Positions 35,416-45,549 of a stretch of 64,000 nt of DNA are shown here, one piece after another. Each line of letters begins with the position of its first letter. Position 1 is the first letter of the stretch. The notes under the pieces are model-generated. The model saw only the letters and a program-made list of their open reading frames with translations. It made no database searches and had not been told where the DNA came from. The position numbers and the translations under genes were made by a program. Origin of the DNA: Candidatus Daviesbacteria bacterium (GTDB taxonomy: Bacteria; Patescibacteriota; Microgenomatia; Daviesbacterales; UBA10151); assembly GCA_016195715.1 (NCBI GenBank), contig JACPZA010000029.1, forward strand, positions 30,493 to 94,492, written 5' to 3'.

Positions 35416-35742
35416 TTACATTCCTGGCATTGGCAAAACTTCAAGAACCTCAATGCTAGAATCAGATGTCATCAAATGAGGGTGATCTGCAACCATTGCT
35501 TTAGCAGCTTCCATATCTTCTGCTTCTACAATTGAATAACCAGTGGTATGTGATTCTACATTAGAGCTGCCATCTTTAGTAACTTTCATACCCATTCCCA
35601 AAGGCATTCCCATATCAGCTACAGAATGTTTTTTAAACCAAGCCATCCAAGATTCCATGCTCTTTTTCATCTCCTCTGGGCTACCTTTCATTAACTCCTC
35701 AGCAGAGACAGGAGACATATATAACAACATAAATTTTTTCAT
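35416..35742 (-). CDS. YciI-like small protein (tentative)
   Basis: 108 aa. Alpha+beta with a conserved His. Weak assignment. Confidence 0.35.
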   Translation of the reverse strand: MKKFMLLYMSPVSAEELMKGSPEEMKKSMESWMAWFKKHSVADMGMPLGMGMKVTKDGSSNVESHTTGYSIVEAEDMEAAKAMVADHPHLMTSDSSIEVLEVLPMPGM

Positions 35743-35813
35743 TCCAAAATCACCTCCTAACTTCCTGCTGATAATAGCATAAATTATCTGAGAAAATTAG
35801 ACAGATATTTTAT

Positions 35814-35834
35814 CTACTTTGATCATCAAAGTAG
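35814..35834. promoter_or_regulatory. Perfect 21-nt palindrome, CTACTTTGATCATCAAAGTAG
   Basis: Lies in the 108-nt intergenic region between the DUF2277 gene stop and the YciI-like gene start. Candidate operator or bidirectional hairpin. Confidence 0.35.
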
Positions 35835-35850
35835 CATCTTTTATTGAATT

Positions 35851-36129
35851 TTAGCTAGGTTTGGTTCCAAATCTTTTTAGAGCTCGGGCGTGAGCTCTCT
35901 TAGCTTCCACTTCGCGATTACGAGGCTCAGCATTAGTAATCAGTGAATCCAGTAAATCTTTGGCATCCAAACTTATCTTTTCAACTGTCTGATTGAATAT
36001 ATCTTCATTTACCTGGGAGGGCTTATTAAAACCGGATAATTTTCTGACAAATTGAAGCGAGGCTTCATGGATTTCCTTATTAGTTGCTGGCGGATCAAAG
36101 TTAAAAAGGGTTTTAATATTTCGACACAT
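35851..36129 (-). CDS. DUF2277-like protein
   Basis: Begins MCRNIKTLFNFDPPAT. I recall this conserved N-terminus for DUF2277, from memory only. Confidence 0.45.
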   Translation of the reverse strand: MCRNIKTLFNFDPPATNKEIHEASLQFVRKLSGFNKPSQVNEDIFNQTVEKISLDAKDLLDSLITNAEPRNREVEAKRAHARALKRFGTKPS

Positions 36130-36220
36130 TTTTCTGTTCCCATTCTTTGACTATAGCTAAGGTTTCTTCCTCAAGTTCTGGAATATGAACTATCTCCATT
36201 TTCTCATTTCAAAGATATCT

Positions 36221-36754
36221 TTATTTTAGTTTTCCAGTCGTAAAATCAACCTTTAATTCTAACGCTGATTTATCTTTAAAAACCTTTAAATAAAGCGTTC
36301 CATCATCTCTAACATTACTTATCTCACTTGGGTTTAACTCTCCTAGGTCATAGAGCAAGGTCTTTGTAATAACTCGCCCATCACTATCAAAGATAAGATA
36401 ATCCCTTCCCCCTTCGCCTAACCCATAAGGAACTATAAAGTAAGTTTTTTGGTAAAATGGAACATTCTGAATTCTGATCGTGTTGGAATCAAAGACTATG
36501 CCTTCAACAACAACTTTAGCAGAGAACTCATTTAAACTATCGTCCAGAAGAAGTATTTTATTATTTGCATCTATATAATTTGCAATTTTTTTATTAATTT
36601 GCCCTACTCTTTGAACATCCCAAAGGTGGGTAAGAAATCTCTGTTGACTATTATATTTCCAATAAAAATAAATAGCTAAAAGTAAAGAGACCAGTGTTAG
36701 TGTAATTAGTAATTTGGATTGGAATAGCTCTACTTTCAAATTTTTCTTTAGCAT
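36221..36754 (-). CDS. Membrane-anchored hypothetical protein
   Basis: One N-terminal transmembrane segment (LLITLTLVSLLLAIYFYW). Confidence 0.4.
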   Translation of the reverse strand: MLKKNLKVELFQSKLLITLTLVSLLLAIYFYWKYNSQQRFLTHLWDVQRVGQINKKIANYIDANNKILLLDDSLNEFSAKVVVEGIVFDSNTIRIQNVPFYQKTYFIVPYGLGEGGRDYLIFDSDGRVITKTLLYDLGELNPSEISNVRDDGTLYLKVFKDKSALELKVDFTTGKLK

Positions 36755-36788
36755 ACATAAACATCATATATCCTATGAGAAATATTAT

Positions 36789-37205
36789 CTAGCTTTGAGA
36801 ATTAGAAGTTATATTGACCATCCAGTGGGCACCAAATTTATCAGTTAACATTCCAAAGGTATCACCCCAAAATTGTTTGGCAAGAGGCATACCAACTTTG
36901 CCACCTTCAGCTAATTTATTAAACCACTCAGTCAACTTATCTTTATCACTTCCAGAGATGCTCAGATTAACATTATCTCCAAACTTTACTGGCCCGCCGT
37001 GACCACTATCACTTGCCATGAAGGTTAGAGCATCATTTTCTAAACGGGCATGAATGATTTGATCTTTCTCTTCTTCAGAGGCTGGCATCCCAGACTCACC
37101 GAAAGTTGACATTGTAAGCTCTCCTCCAAGAACTGATTTGTAAAATTCCATTGCCTCTTTACATTCACCATTAAATAAAAGATATGGATTTAATGTTGGT
37201 TTCAT
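36789..37205 (-). CDS. PhnB-like VOC (glyoxalase/bleomycin-resistance fold) protein
   Basis: YLLFNGECKEAMEFYKSVLGGEL matches the 3-demethylubiquinone-9 3-methyltransferase/PhnB-like family. Confidence 0.65.
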   Translation of the reverse strand: MKPTLNPYLLFNGECKEAMEFYKSVLGGELTMSTFGESGMPASEEEKDQIIHARLENDALTFMASDSGHGGPVKFGDNVNLSISGSDKDKLTEWFNKLAEGGKVGMPLAKQFWGDTFGMLTDKFGAHWMVNITSNSQS

Positions 37206-37291
37206 TGCGTAGCAAGAGGCCTTGCCTCATTGTGAATTAATATAGCACAAGCAATCAGTTAATACAATCCGCTTAGAGTTACAGATTGGTT

Positions 37292-37957
37292 TTAGTATGT
37301 GGCTAATCTACTTCCCGGTTGGCGACGTAGTAATGCCAAAATAGAACCAATAGATTCAACCTCAAAACCTCGGACTGTTTCCATATACCTTAAAACAGGT
37401 GCACCAGTTTCATCAAGGCTTACGCCTCCATAGGCAGTTTCTGGTACTAGAGCATCTAAAACTCCCTCTCTGAAGTTACCTCTCAATGATAGATAAGACA
37501 TAAGGGGTGAACCTGTACAAAAGTCTGGAGCTATGTGTTTAACTGATCCATCTAAGTGAACAAAATATTGGCTTTTTCCCTCTGTTGTAACATCTTGAGG
37601 AAACAATACATTCTCACCATAGAGTTGTCTCAAACGGTACAAAGGTATGGACTCAGCACCAGAATAAATTCCCACCACTCCCGCTTGAGCAAGAGGGTGA
37701 ATGTCGGCTAAAACATCAAAACCCCCACCTTCAACAACCACTTCACGAGCATGTTTTAGAGATAAAAGAGGATCTCTGCTTTCTCTAACATATCTCCCTA
37801 ACTGAGGATCTTGCAGAACAATGGGTCTAATAGGTCCTCGATGGACTCTGAGATATCCGAGATTAGGGTTTGGATAGGTTTCCGCTTGCTTTGGCCATCT
37901 ATATTTAACTTCAGGCATAATTTTGGCAATACTACACCATATACTGCCAAAAATCAA
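37292..37957 (-). CDS. Hypothetical protein; GC markedly higher than the flanking genes
   Basis: 221-aa ORF. I recognise no family. Confidence 0.4.
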   Translation of the reverse strand: MIFGSIWCSIAKIMPEVKYRWPKQAETYPNPNLGYLRVHRGPIRPIVLQDPQLGRYVRESRDPLLSLKHAREVVVEGGGFDVLADIHPLAQAGVVGIYSGAESIPLYRLRQLYGENVLFPQDVTTEGKSQYFVHLDGSVKHIAPDFCTGSPLMSYLSLRGNFREGVLDALVPETAYGGVSLDETGAPVLRYMETVRGFEVESIGSILALLRRQPGSRLATY

Positions 37958-38100
37958 TTATTAGTTTTTAATCTCTTCAATTTAGGGTCGCTGATAAAAA
38001 AATTAGTCATCTAGACTGAAACATTGTACCCGACAGCTTTACCAATTAAATCCTTAAATCTGCAATTTGTTTATCAATTAATTCTGAGGGTTCCATAAAG

Positions 38101-39519
38101 TTAATGTTGTGGTGCGCTCGCAGCGCTAACCCTTAATAGCTTAGCTCCTAAAATGGCAGCTAAGGCAGCAAAAATTGCTCCCACTAGAAAGGCAGAGTGA
38201 TAACCACTGTTTAAAGCTTCAATTTGAGATGTACCATTTAAAAGTAAACCCTGAGTAGTGAAAGCAGCTAAACTGGCAAGGATAGCTAAACCTAAAGCTC
38301 CACCCATCATAAAAGAAGTGTTGGCCAAACCAGAAGCTAAACCTGACTCTTGTGGCTTAACATCATTCATCGCAGCTAGAAGTACTGGGTTAAAGGCCAT
38401 GCCAGCACCAAGCCCTAGTAAAACCATACTTGGTAAAACATCAGTCAAAAAATTTCCATTAACAGGAGCTCTAACAAACAGTAAAAGTCCAACTGCAGCC
38501 ATTAAAAGTCCTAATGAAAGAGGTACTTTGATACCAAAACGAATAACCAGTTTAGCAGACAAACCCAGTGAGAAAGCTGCCATAATCAGATTTGCGGGTA
38601 AGAAAGCTAGCCCAACTTGTAGTGGACTGTAATGCAGAACTAGTTGAAGATAAAGAGCAGAAAGGAAAAACCAAGCAAACATAGAGGCAGCCCAGAGAAT
38701 ACCAATAACATTAGCAGTTGCCAGATTATGCAATTTAAAAAGATTTAATGGCATCAGCGGAGCACGGACTCGTGACTCAATCCAGAGAAAAGCTCCCATA
38801 AGCACTACTGCAATTGTTAATAAAACCAATGTCTGGGTAGAAATCCAACCAGCTTGATTTCCATTAACGATGGCATAAACAGCTATCAAGAGAGAGGAAG
38901 TGACAGTTATTGCTCCAGCAACATCAAGGTGTCTGTGTACCACATCAGCGCGGGTGTTTGGCAATAACTTCAAGGAAAGAATTATAACTGTAATCCCAAT
39001 TGGCACATTAACTAGAAAATTCCAATGCCAATCAAATGAATTTGTCAAAAAACCTCCCAATAACACCCCAATTGATCCTCCCCCAGCAGCAATAAAACCA
39101 AAATACCCCATGGCTTTGGTGCGCTCCTCTGGTTTAGTAAACAGATTCATGATTAGAGAGAGCGATACCGCTGCAGTAATAGCTCCTCCTAAACCTTGAA
39201 CAGCTCTAGAAAGAATTAGTAGCTGCTGTGAGTGGGCTAAACCACAGACCAAGGAAGCAGTGGTGAATAGGGTTATCCCAATGAGGAAAAGTTTTTTTTG
39301 TCCAAAAATATCACCAAGCCTGCCACCAAGAAGTAAAAAGCCACCAAAGGTCAGAAGATAAGCATTAATCACCCAAGCCAGGGAAGCTTCAGAAAAGTGA
39401 AGGTCTGTTCTGATAGAAGGAAGAGCAACATTCACAATGGTGGTATCTAGCACTTCCATCAAAGTACCAAGACAAAGAACAGTAAAAGCCAGCCAGCGAT
39501 TGCTAAGACTTTCTGTCAT
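38101..39519 (-). CDS. MFS transporter, 14-TM drug:H+ antiporter (DHA2/EmrB-like)
   Basis: 472 aa. Motif A-like GGRLGDIFGQKK between TM2 and TM3. Fourteen hydrophobic segments. Confidence 0.8.
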   Translation of the reverse strand: MTESLSNRWLAFTVLCLGTLMEVLDTTIVNVALPSIRTDLHFSEASLAWVINAYLLTFGGFLLLGGRLGDIFGQKKLFLIGITLFTTASLVCGLAHSQQLLILSRAVQGLGGAITAAVSLSLIMNLFTKPEERTKAMGYFGFIAAGGGSIGVLLGGFLTNSFDWHWNFLVNVPIGITVIILSLKLLPNTRADVVHRHLDVAGAITVTSSLLIAVYAIVNGNQAGWISTQTLVLLTIAVVLMGAFLWIESRVRAPLMPLNLFKLHNLATANVIGILWAASMFAWFFLSALYLQLVLHYSPLQVGLAFLPANLIMAAFSLGLSAKLVIRFGIKVPLSLGLLMAAVGLLLFVRAPVNGNFLTDVLPSMVLLGLGAGMAFNPVLLAAMNDVKPQESGLASGLANTSFMMGGALGLAILASLAAFTTQGLLLNGTSQIEALNSGYHSAFLVGAIFAALAAILGAKLLRVSAASAPQH

Positions 39520-39991
39520 ATGCCTTTTTAAGTTTGTCTATATCAATTTTTTTCATTTGCAGCATAGCGTGCATTACTCTTTGAGCTTTTTCTTTATCAG
39601 GATCAGAGAGCATCTGACCTAATTGCTTAGGAACTATTTGCCAGGAAACCCCATATTTATCCTTGCACCAACCACACTGCTCAGACTCTGGAATAGCTGA
39701 GAGTTTTTCCCAGTAGCGATCAACTTCTGCTTGATCCGCGCAATCCACTATAAAAGAGATAGCCTCATTAAATTTAAAGATCGGTCCGCCATTAAGAAGG
39801 GTAAACTTTTGGCCATCCAATTCCACTTCAACCACCAGCACTGAACCTTCTGGCTGACCGGAAACTTTGGCTGCTTCTGCATCATATCTGGAGGTATCTC
39901 CAATTTTGGAGTTGGGGAAAACTTCAGTATAATAATTTGCCGCCTCTTCAGCTTGATTATCAAACCATAAACATGGACTAATTTTTTGCAT
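39503..39991 (-). CDS. PhnB-like VOC protein (second copy)
   Basis: SPCLWFDNQAEEAANYYTEVF. A near-duplicate family member flanks the MFS gene on the other side. Confidence 0.65.
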   Translation of the reverse strand: MQKISPCLWFDNQAEEAANYYTEVFPNSKIGDTSRYDAEAAKVSGQPEGSVLVVEVELDGQKFTLLNGGPIFKFNEAISFIVDCADQAEVDRYWEKLSAIPESEQCGWCKDKYGVSWQIVPKQLGQMLSDPDKEKAQRVMHAMLQMKKIDIDKLKKAYDRKS

Positions 39992-40021
39992 AGTTCTATT
40001 ACTTCAAAGCTGCAGCTAGTT

Positions 40022-40528
40022 TTAGACCGAAGGTCGCAAACTGGTCTCAAGTTTATCAAAGCTTTGATTCCAGCCTTGAGTCATATTATCTAACATCTCT
40101 CCTTCAATTCCTGCAGTTGAAGGATAGGTTAAGGTCATTTTTGTCTTGCCATCTTCTAGCTGCTCAAAAGTGATGGTAATTTTTGCCTTCATCGGGAAAC
40201 TTCCTGGCATACCATAATAACTGGCTGGCACCACATTGCCATTTTCATCAGCAAAACTATCCTCAACTACTAATTTTTGCATGGGAACAATCTCTAAATA
40301 ATGCCCAGTGCTCCACATCTCTTTATCAAATGGACTGCCTGCAGGACCTCTCATAGAAACCAAATATTTACCCCCAACTTTAGGATCAATATTGGCATGG
40401 GGTGAAGTAAAGTCTTTTGGTCCCCACCATTTTTGAAATACCTCAGGATCAGTCCAAGCTTTCCAAACCAGCTCAACTGGAGCATCAAAGATTCTCTCAA
40501 TAACTAGTTCTTTTTTATCGTCAGCCAT
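40022..40528 (-). CDS. SRPBCC/AHSA1-like protein
   Basis: IERIFDAPVELVWKAWTDPEVFQKWWGP is a classical AHSA1/Bet v1-like N-terminus. Confidence 0.65.
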   Translation of the reverse strand: MADDKKELVIERIFDAPVELVWKAWTDPEVFQKWWGPKDFTSPHANIDPKVGGKYLVSMRGPAGSPFDKEMWSTGHYLEIVPMQKLVVEDSFADENGNVVPASYYGMPGSFPMKAKITITFEQLEDGKTKMTLTYPSTAGIEGEMLDNMTQGWNQSFDKLETSLRPSV

Positions 40529-40847
40529 GTTTTTTAATCTTTCTCTTCTCTACTTCTAATACTTTATCCAAAGCCTCAAACCTTACATCCAAAACCTGAG
40601 CCATCTTTTTTGCCCAAACTTCTAACTTATGCATTGCTTCTGGATTAACTTGGTAAATTCTTTGCTGGGCTTTCTTTTCTACCTGAACCAAATTTGCTTC
40701 CCTTAAAACTTTTAAATGTTGGGAGATAGCAGGATGGCTAGCAGAAAATTTATCATAAATATCTGTTGCAGACAACTGCCCTTTTTTAGAAAGCATCTCC
40801 AAAATATTTCTTCTGGTGGGATCTGCTAATGCAGAAAATGTATCCAT
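40521..40847 (-). CDS. ArsR/SmtB-family transcriptional regulator
   Basis: ALADPTRRNILEML...ISQHLKVLREANLV HTH. It overlaps the downstream SRPBCC gene by 8 nt. Confidence 0.8.
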   Translation of the reverse strand: MDTFSALADPTRRNILEMLSKKGQLSATDIYDKFSASHPAISQHLKVLREANLVQVEKKAQQRIYQVNPEAMHKLEVWAKKMAQVLDVRFEALDKVLEVEKRKIKKHG

Positions 40848-40893
40848 AAATTTATATTAAACCATTTACTTAATTAAGTCAATACTTAAATAA

Positions 40894-41550
40894 CTAATTA
40901 AATCTTTTCCAAATTCCCTCAGAGATAACTGAAACATTTTTTCCATCAACCTTAATTGCACAATTATCATCTAATGCATAAATTGGAGAGGAGACTTTTT
41001 CAGCTTCTTGCTCAACATAATCAAATGTTAGTTCTGGAAAATAAGGACTATTAATATGAGGTTCAACAAGAAAATTTACTAAACCTAATCCATCATCATA
41101 TATTGTCTCCCCAATTTCTTTTAAAGGCTCCTTTTCAACACTAGAAAGTTTTAAACTTGGAGTAGTAATGATACTTCCTGCACTAATACCTATATAGACT
41201 CTAGTTTTTAGAAGTTTTTTTAAAATATCCTTTAACCCTGATTTATTGATCCAATACATCAAGTGGTAGGTGTTACCTCCTGAAAATAAAAGTGCATCTG
41301 AATCTTCTAATCTTTTCTGCCAGATTTTTTTTGGCAGAGCAGAAATATCTACAATATCAATAGATTTAAAACCCAGTTTTTGACACTCGAGTAAATTATT
41401 AATTAACCAACTTTTATCTCCAAATTCCACATTTGCAGCTGTAGGAATAAAAGCTAAGTTTAATTGATTAAAAGATTTAGCTAATAAATCTTTTAAAGCT
41501 TTAACTATAGATTGATTAGTTAATCCACCTGATGTAAGAAGTAGTTTCAT
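40894..41550 (-). CDS. Peptidase S51 (dipeptidase E-like) / class I glutamine-amidotransferase-fold protein
   Basis: MKLLLTSGG N-terminus. GISAGS nucleophile elbow. Confidence 0.6.
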   Translation of the reverse strand: MKLLLTSGGLTNQSIVKALKDLLAKSFNQLNLAFIPTAANVEFGDKSWLINNLLECQKLGFKSIDIVDISALPKKIWQKRLEDSDALLFSGGNTYHLMYWINKSGLKDILKKLLKTRVYIGISAGSIITTPSLKLSSVEKEPLKEIGETIYDDGLGLVNFLVEPHINSPYFPELTFDYVEQEAEKVSSPIYALDDNCAIKVDGKNVSVISEGIWKRFN

Positions 41551-41571
41551 GGTTTGAGTGTAAAAGACAGT

Positions 41572-41859
41572 TTATTTTTTCTTCTTTAGCTCGTGGGCAA
41601 TAGTTGGTAAAGATTCTAAATCATTTAGTCTCTGATTATGATCTGTAACCTGAGCTGCAAAATGATCCAATTTCCTCTCTAACCTATCTATATCCGACTT
41701 ATCTGCTTTAGCATCTATAGCAGGTAATATTTGATCCTCAACAAACGTCCCAATTTCCGTTAAAATCCTTTGCTCAGTAGAATCAAGTCTATCATCAATT
41801 AACTTGCCAATTTTCTTTAAATCATCATCGTTCATTATTTGATAATATTTTAAAAGCAC
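41572..41859 (-). CDS. Small coiled-coil hypothetical protein
   Basis: 95-aa ORF. Confidence 0.3.
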   Translation of the reverse strand: MLLKYYQIMNDDDLKKIGKLIDDRLDSTEQRILTEIGTFVEDQILPAIDAKADKSDIDRLERKLDHFAAQVTDHNQRLNDLESLPTIAHELKKKK

Positions 41860-41876
41860 TTACAATACAATATAGC

Positions 41877-42725
41877 TTATTTTAAAAGTAAAACTCCAAT
41901 TGTTACTAAAGTTGCACTGATAACTTTTTTGGGTAAATTTTCTCTTTCTTTAAGGAATATTACTGCCAAGATAATGGTTAATATAATTGAAGATTGATTA
42001 ATTGGGGTAATTTGAGAAGCTTGACCACCAGAAGAAATTGATAAAAACCAAGCAATTGCAGCAAAGACATAAAAAAATGTTAAAAGTAGCATATTTTTAG
42101 CCCAAGTGAAATTATAAATAGCTTTAGCGATTTTAATTTTTTTAAATGAGCCTATTAAAATAACAATCCCTGGTAAGGCAAAAGCAATTGTTAGATAAGA
42201 TAAAGGCTCAGAATTTCTAGTTAAAAAAGCATCATTAGTAATCCCGAATCCAGCAAATAAAGAATAACCAAAGGCATATAAATATCCTTGATTAAATTTA
42301 AATAAGCCTTTTTTGTAGGAAACAAAGATAACAGCAGAAATTATGATTATAGTTCCAATAATATTTACTAAACTAAAATGTTCACGCAAAAGTAAAGTTG
42401 CTGATAAAATGGCAATTACAGTTTCCAAGGTTGTAATAATTGTTGCCTCAGAAGCATCTAGGTACTGATAAGTTTTAAACAGTAAGCTAGTAGCTATTCC
42501 CCAGAGTATGCCATTTAATAAAAAATTAACTGGATATTTAGTAATTGGAGGTAGCACAAACCCTCTTGAAAAAGCAATCACTCCAACCATTAAAGCGCCC
42601 AGAAATTGAAAAATTATGGCTGATAAATATGGATCAGTTTGATCATTTTTTAAAGCTACCTTTCTAAAAATATTAGAAAGAGTTGTTCCTAAAACTGAAA
42701 GTAGTGCTAAATAAAGCCATGTCAT
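41877..42725 (-). CDS. EamA/DMT-family transporter
   Basis: Ten transmembrane segments arranged as two EamA repeats. Confidence 0.6.
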   Translation of the reverse strand: MTWLYLALLSVLGTTLSNIFRKVALKNDQTDPYLSAIIFQFLGALMVGVIAFSRGFVLPPITKYPVNFLLNGILWGIATSLLFKTYQYLDASEATIITTLETVIAILSATLLLREHFSLVNIIGTIIIISAVIFVSYKKGLFKFNQGYLYAFGYSLFAGFGITNDAFLTRNSEPLSYLTIAFALPGIVILIGSFKKIKIAKAIYNFTWAKNMLLLTFFYVFAAIAWFLSISSGGQASQITPINQSSIILTIILAVIFLKERENLPKKVISATLVTIGVLLLK

Positions 42726-42997
42726 AGCTTAAAATATTTTTGAGCGAAGTTTTGGAAAAGAGTACTATACATTAAAGCATCTTCTGCCATTTTTTCATCC
42801 TTGCCTAATAAAATCCTTTTAGATTTTTTAACTAATTTTTTTAGATAATCATTTAACTCTTGCTTCTCTAGCTCTTTTTCTCTTTCCAAAGCTTCTTCCT
42901 TAAATCTTTTAGCCATTTTTAAAGATCCTCTTTGCAACCCCAAAGCTACCCTTTTTAAATCCATGGAAAGTGCTTCTATAATTATTTTTTGATTCAT
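42722..42997 (-). CDS. Small helical hypothetical protein
   Basis: 91-aa ORF overlapping its neighbours by 4 nt (operon). Confidence 0.3.
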   Translation of the reverse strand: MNQKIIIEALSMDLKRVALGLQRGSLKMAKRFKEEALEREKELEKQELNDYLKKLVKKSKRILLGKDEKMAEDALMYSTLFQNFAQKYFKL

Positions 42998-43332
42998 AAG
43001 ACCTCTTTAAAGAAAAATCTGGTTAATTCCTCATAAATTCTCCTAACTTCTGAACTTTGAATTTCATTACTATTATTTTCTTGTTTAGGACGAATGTTAA
43101 TAAATGAGTTAAAATCAATTGTATTGGTCTCTAAATCAATTCCACCTCCCCAGATATCCTCTTGCTTGGAGCTTTGTTCTAGAAGTATCTGCTCTGATTC
43201 AAAGTGCCTGTTTGCTCCAGCTGAACAAATTTTTTTCTTAATATCTATCACGGTTTTTATATAAATATCGAATTGCTCTTTAACTATTTCAATTTCTTCT
43301 TTGGTAAAAGGCTCAGATTTTGTAATAATCAC
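42994..43332 (-). CDS. Hypothetical protein
   Basis: 112-aa ORF. Confidence 0.3.
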   Translation of the reverse strand: MIITKSEPFTKEEIEIVKEQFDIYIKTVIDIKKKICSAGANRHFESEQILLEQSSKQEDIWGGGIDLETNTIDFNSFINIRPKQENNSNEIQSSEVRRIYEELTRFFFKEVL

Positions 43333-43352
43333 AAGGCAATTTTAGCATAAAT

Positions 43353-44090
43353 TTAGCTTGCAGCATGGAATAATCTAGCGATAAAGTAGCCAGCAAAAGC
43401 TGCAACTAGACCAATTAAAACCATTCTTAGCCCACTCTTCCACCAACTACCAACTAAAGTTAGCGCTTGATACATCCCAACAGCAAACAAAGTTACGCCG
43501 CTAATTCCAACAGAAAAAATTAATCCAAAATGAGCAGTTAAAAAGAAAAATGGCATTAGTGGAATTAAATGGCCGATCATTGTAGCAATTGTCACTATTA
43601 CTGAGCTCTTTAAAACAGCTCTGGTATCAACAGGAGCAATTTTTAACTCCTCAGCCATCATAGTATCAACCCAGAGTTTTTTATCGGAGGTAATTGTCTC
43701 TACAATCTCTTCTAAAATATGTCCATTAAAACCTTTTTCTTCAAAAACTTGTCTAATTTCTTCTTTCTCCATTTCAGAATCTTCTTCAACCTCTTTTTCT
43801 TCCAACTTGCGCTCACTTTTATAATAATCCCTTTGAGACAAAGCTGATGTATAAGCTACAGCTCCCATAGAAAGTGATTCAGCAAAAGTCGCAGCCAAAA
43901 CTGTGGTAATTAAAATTTTTAAATCAGAAGTTGCAGCTAAAACCCCTAAAATAATACCTAGCGCATTCACTAACCCATCTTGTCCGCCTAAAATGACATC
44001 GCGAAGTGGATTATCTTTTTTGTGTTGTTTCTCGCTTTTGTGTTTTTCAAAATCTTCTCTACTGGGACGATCTGGAAGTTTAGCTTGCAT
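43353..44090 (-). CDS. VIT1/CCC1-family iron/manganese transporter
   Basis: ILGGQDGLVNALGIILGV motif and a C-terminal transmembrane bundle. Confidence 0.65.
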   Translation of the reverse strand: MQAKLPDRPSREDFEKHKSEKQHKKDNPLRDVILGGQDGLVNALGIILGVLAATSDLKILITTVLAATFAESLSMGAVAYTSALSQRDYYKSERKLEEKEVEEDSEMEKEEIRQVFEEKGFNGHILEEIVETITSDKKLWVDTMMAEELKIAPVDTRAVLKSSVIVTIATMIGHLIPLMPFFFLTAHFGLIFSVGISGVTLFAVGMYQALTLVGSWWKSGLRMVLIGLVAAFAGYFIARLFHAAS

Positions 44091-44093
44091 AAT

Positions 44094-44612
44094 TTATTTT
44101 AGCAATTTCTCCATGACAAATGCTTCTTTAGTTTTTCTATCTGAAAAGCTTTCTAATTTTTTTTCCTTAATTTCAAACCCTAAACTTTGATAAAAACTCA
44201 ATGCTTGAGTTTGAGAAGAAAAAACATTTAATCTAGCTTTTTGCCATTTTGGATTTTTTCTAATTTCAGTAAGTAAATGTGATATAAGTTTTCTTCCTAT
44301 ACCTTTGTTTCTTGCTTCACTTGCTACAAACACTCCTTGGATTTTAACTGTTGGATTCAAATCTGGTGGATTAGTTTCCCTGGCACTTACCATCCCAACT
44401 AATTCATTATCTAATTTTGCAAAAAAGATCCAATAATTAATACCTTCAGCAGCTTTTGCTAGTCTTTGTTTCCACTTTTCATCTGACATGCTTAGAGCAT
44501 CTTCTAAGGTCTGTCCAAAAGCTTCGGGATTTTCTTTAAGAGCTCTTAATCTTAATTCTTTGTATTTTTGCCAATCACTGGGAGTCAGTTGAACTATCTC
44601 TAGAATGTTCAC
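44094..44612 (-). CDS. GNAT N-acetyltransferase
   Basis: The Q/RxxGxG/A-like motif RNKGIGRKL in motif A. Confidence 0.65.
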   Translation of the reverse strand: MNILEIVQLTPSDWQKYKELRLRALKENPEAFGQTLEDALSMSDEKWKQRLAKAAEGINYWIFFAKLDNELVGMVSARETNPPDLNPTVKIQGVFVASEARNKGIGRKLISHLLTEIRKNPKWQKARLNVFSSQTQALSFYQSLGFEIKEKKLESFSDRKTKEAFVMEKLLK

Positions 44613-45549
44613 TCTTTATTTTTACCACAACTTTGCCCTTTGGGTGAGAGTGCTCTAGATAATCAAAAGCTTCTTTAACTTGCTCAAGAGAAAAAACTTT
44701 ATCAATTAGCACTTTAATTTTTCCAGAATCTATTAGTTCGGCTAATCTTTCTAGTTTTTTTGAAGTGGTAGAAGTGTTTTGAGAAATTGCAGTCACACCT
44801 TTTTGCAAAGCTTGTTCTGGAGGAATTTGAGCTACCATTGAAACAAATATCCCACCTTTTTTTAAAACATCAAGTGACTTATTTGCTACATCCCCGCCAA
44901 CTGTATCAAAAACTCCGTCTAGATCTTTGACAATTTCTGAAAAATCCTGAGACTTATAATCAATAATCTCATCAGCACCAAGCTGTTTAACAAAATCTAT
45001 CTGGTCTTTACTAACTGTGGTTATGACATAAGCTCCCTGCATTTTGGCAAGCTGAATAGCTATTGAGCCAATTCCTCCAGCTCCACCATGAATTAAAATT
45101 TTCTGATCCTTTGAAACTTTTAAATGCTCCTCAATCGCTTGAAGTGCGCTTGTACCAACTAGAGGTAAGCCAGCAGCTTGTATGAAATCTAGAGTTTGAG
45201 GCTTTAAAGCAATATTTTTTATATTAGCGGCAGCAAATTCAGCTAGAGATCCTGAGCCTCCATTTAAAACTATAGCTTGACCAAAAACTAAGTCTCCTGT
45301 TTTAAAATCAGTCACATCAGGAGCAACCTCTTGTATAACTCCAGCAAAATCTCCACCTAAAGTTGATGGAAAATTTAAAGGTACCATTTCTTTTAAATAA
45401 CCCAAGCGAACTTTATAATCAATTGGATTTAAAGAAGCACTGTCAACTTCAACTAATATTTGTTCATTTTTTATTTCAGGTTTAGAAGTATCAGAATTTA
45501 TTTCTATTACCTCACTGCCACCATAGCTTTGAATTTGTGCTGCTTTCAT
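44575..45549 (-). CDS. Zn-independent MDR-superfamily NADPH:quinone oxidoreductase
   Basis: GroES-like N-terminus. GGAGGIGSIAIQLAK Rossmann motif. Confidence 0.75.
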   Translation of the reverse strand: MKAAQIQSYGGSEVIEINSDTSKPEIKNEQILVEVDSASLNPIDYKVRLGYLKEMVPLNFPSTLGGDFAGVIQEVAPDVTDFKTGDLVFGQAIVLNGGSGSLAEFAAANIKNIALKPQTLDFIQAAGLPLVGTSALQAIEEHLKVSKDQKILIHGGAGGIGSIAIQLAKMQGAYVITTVSKDQIDFVKQLGADEIIDYKSQDFSEIVKDLDGVFDTVGGDVANKSLDVLKKGGIFVSMVAQIPPEQALQKGVTAISQNTSTTSKKLERLAELIDSGKIKVLIDKVFSLEQVKEAFDYLEHSHPKGKVVVKIKSEHSRDSSTDSQ

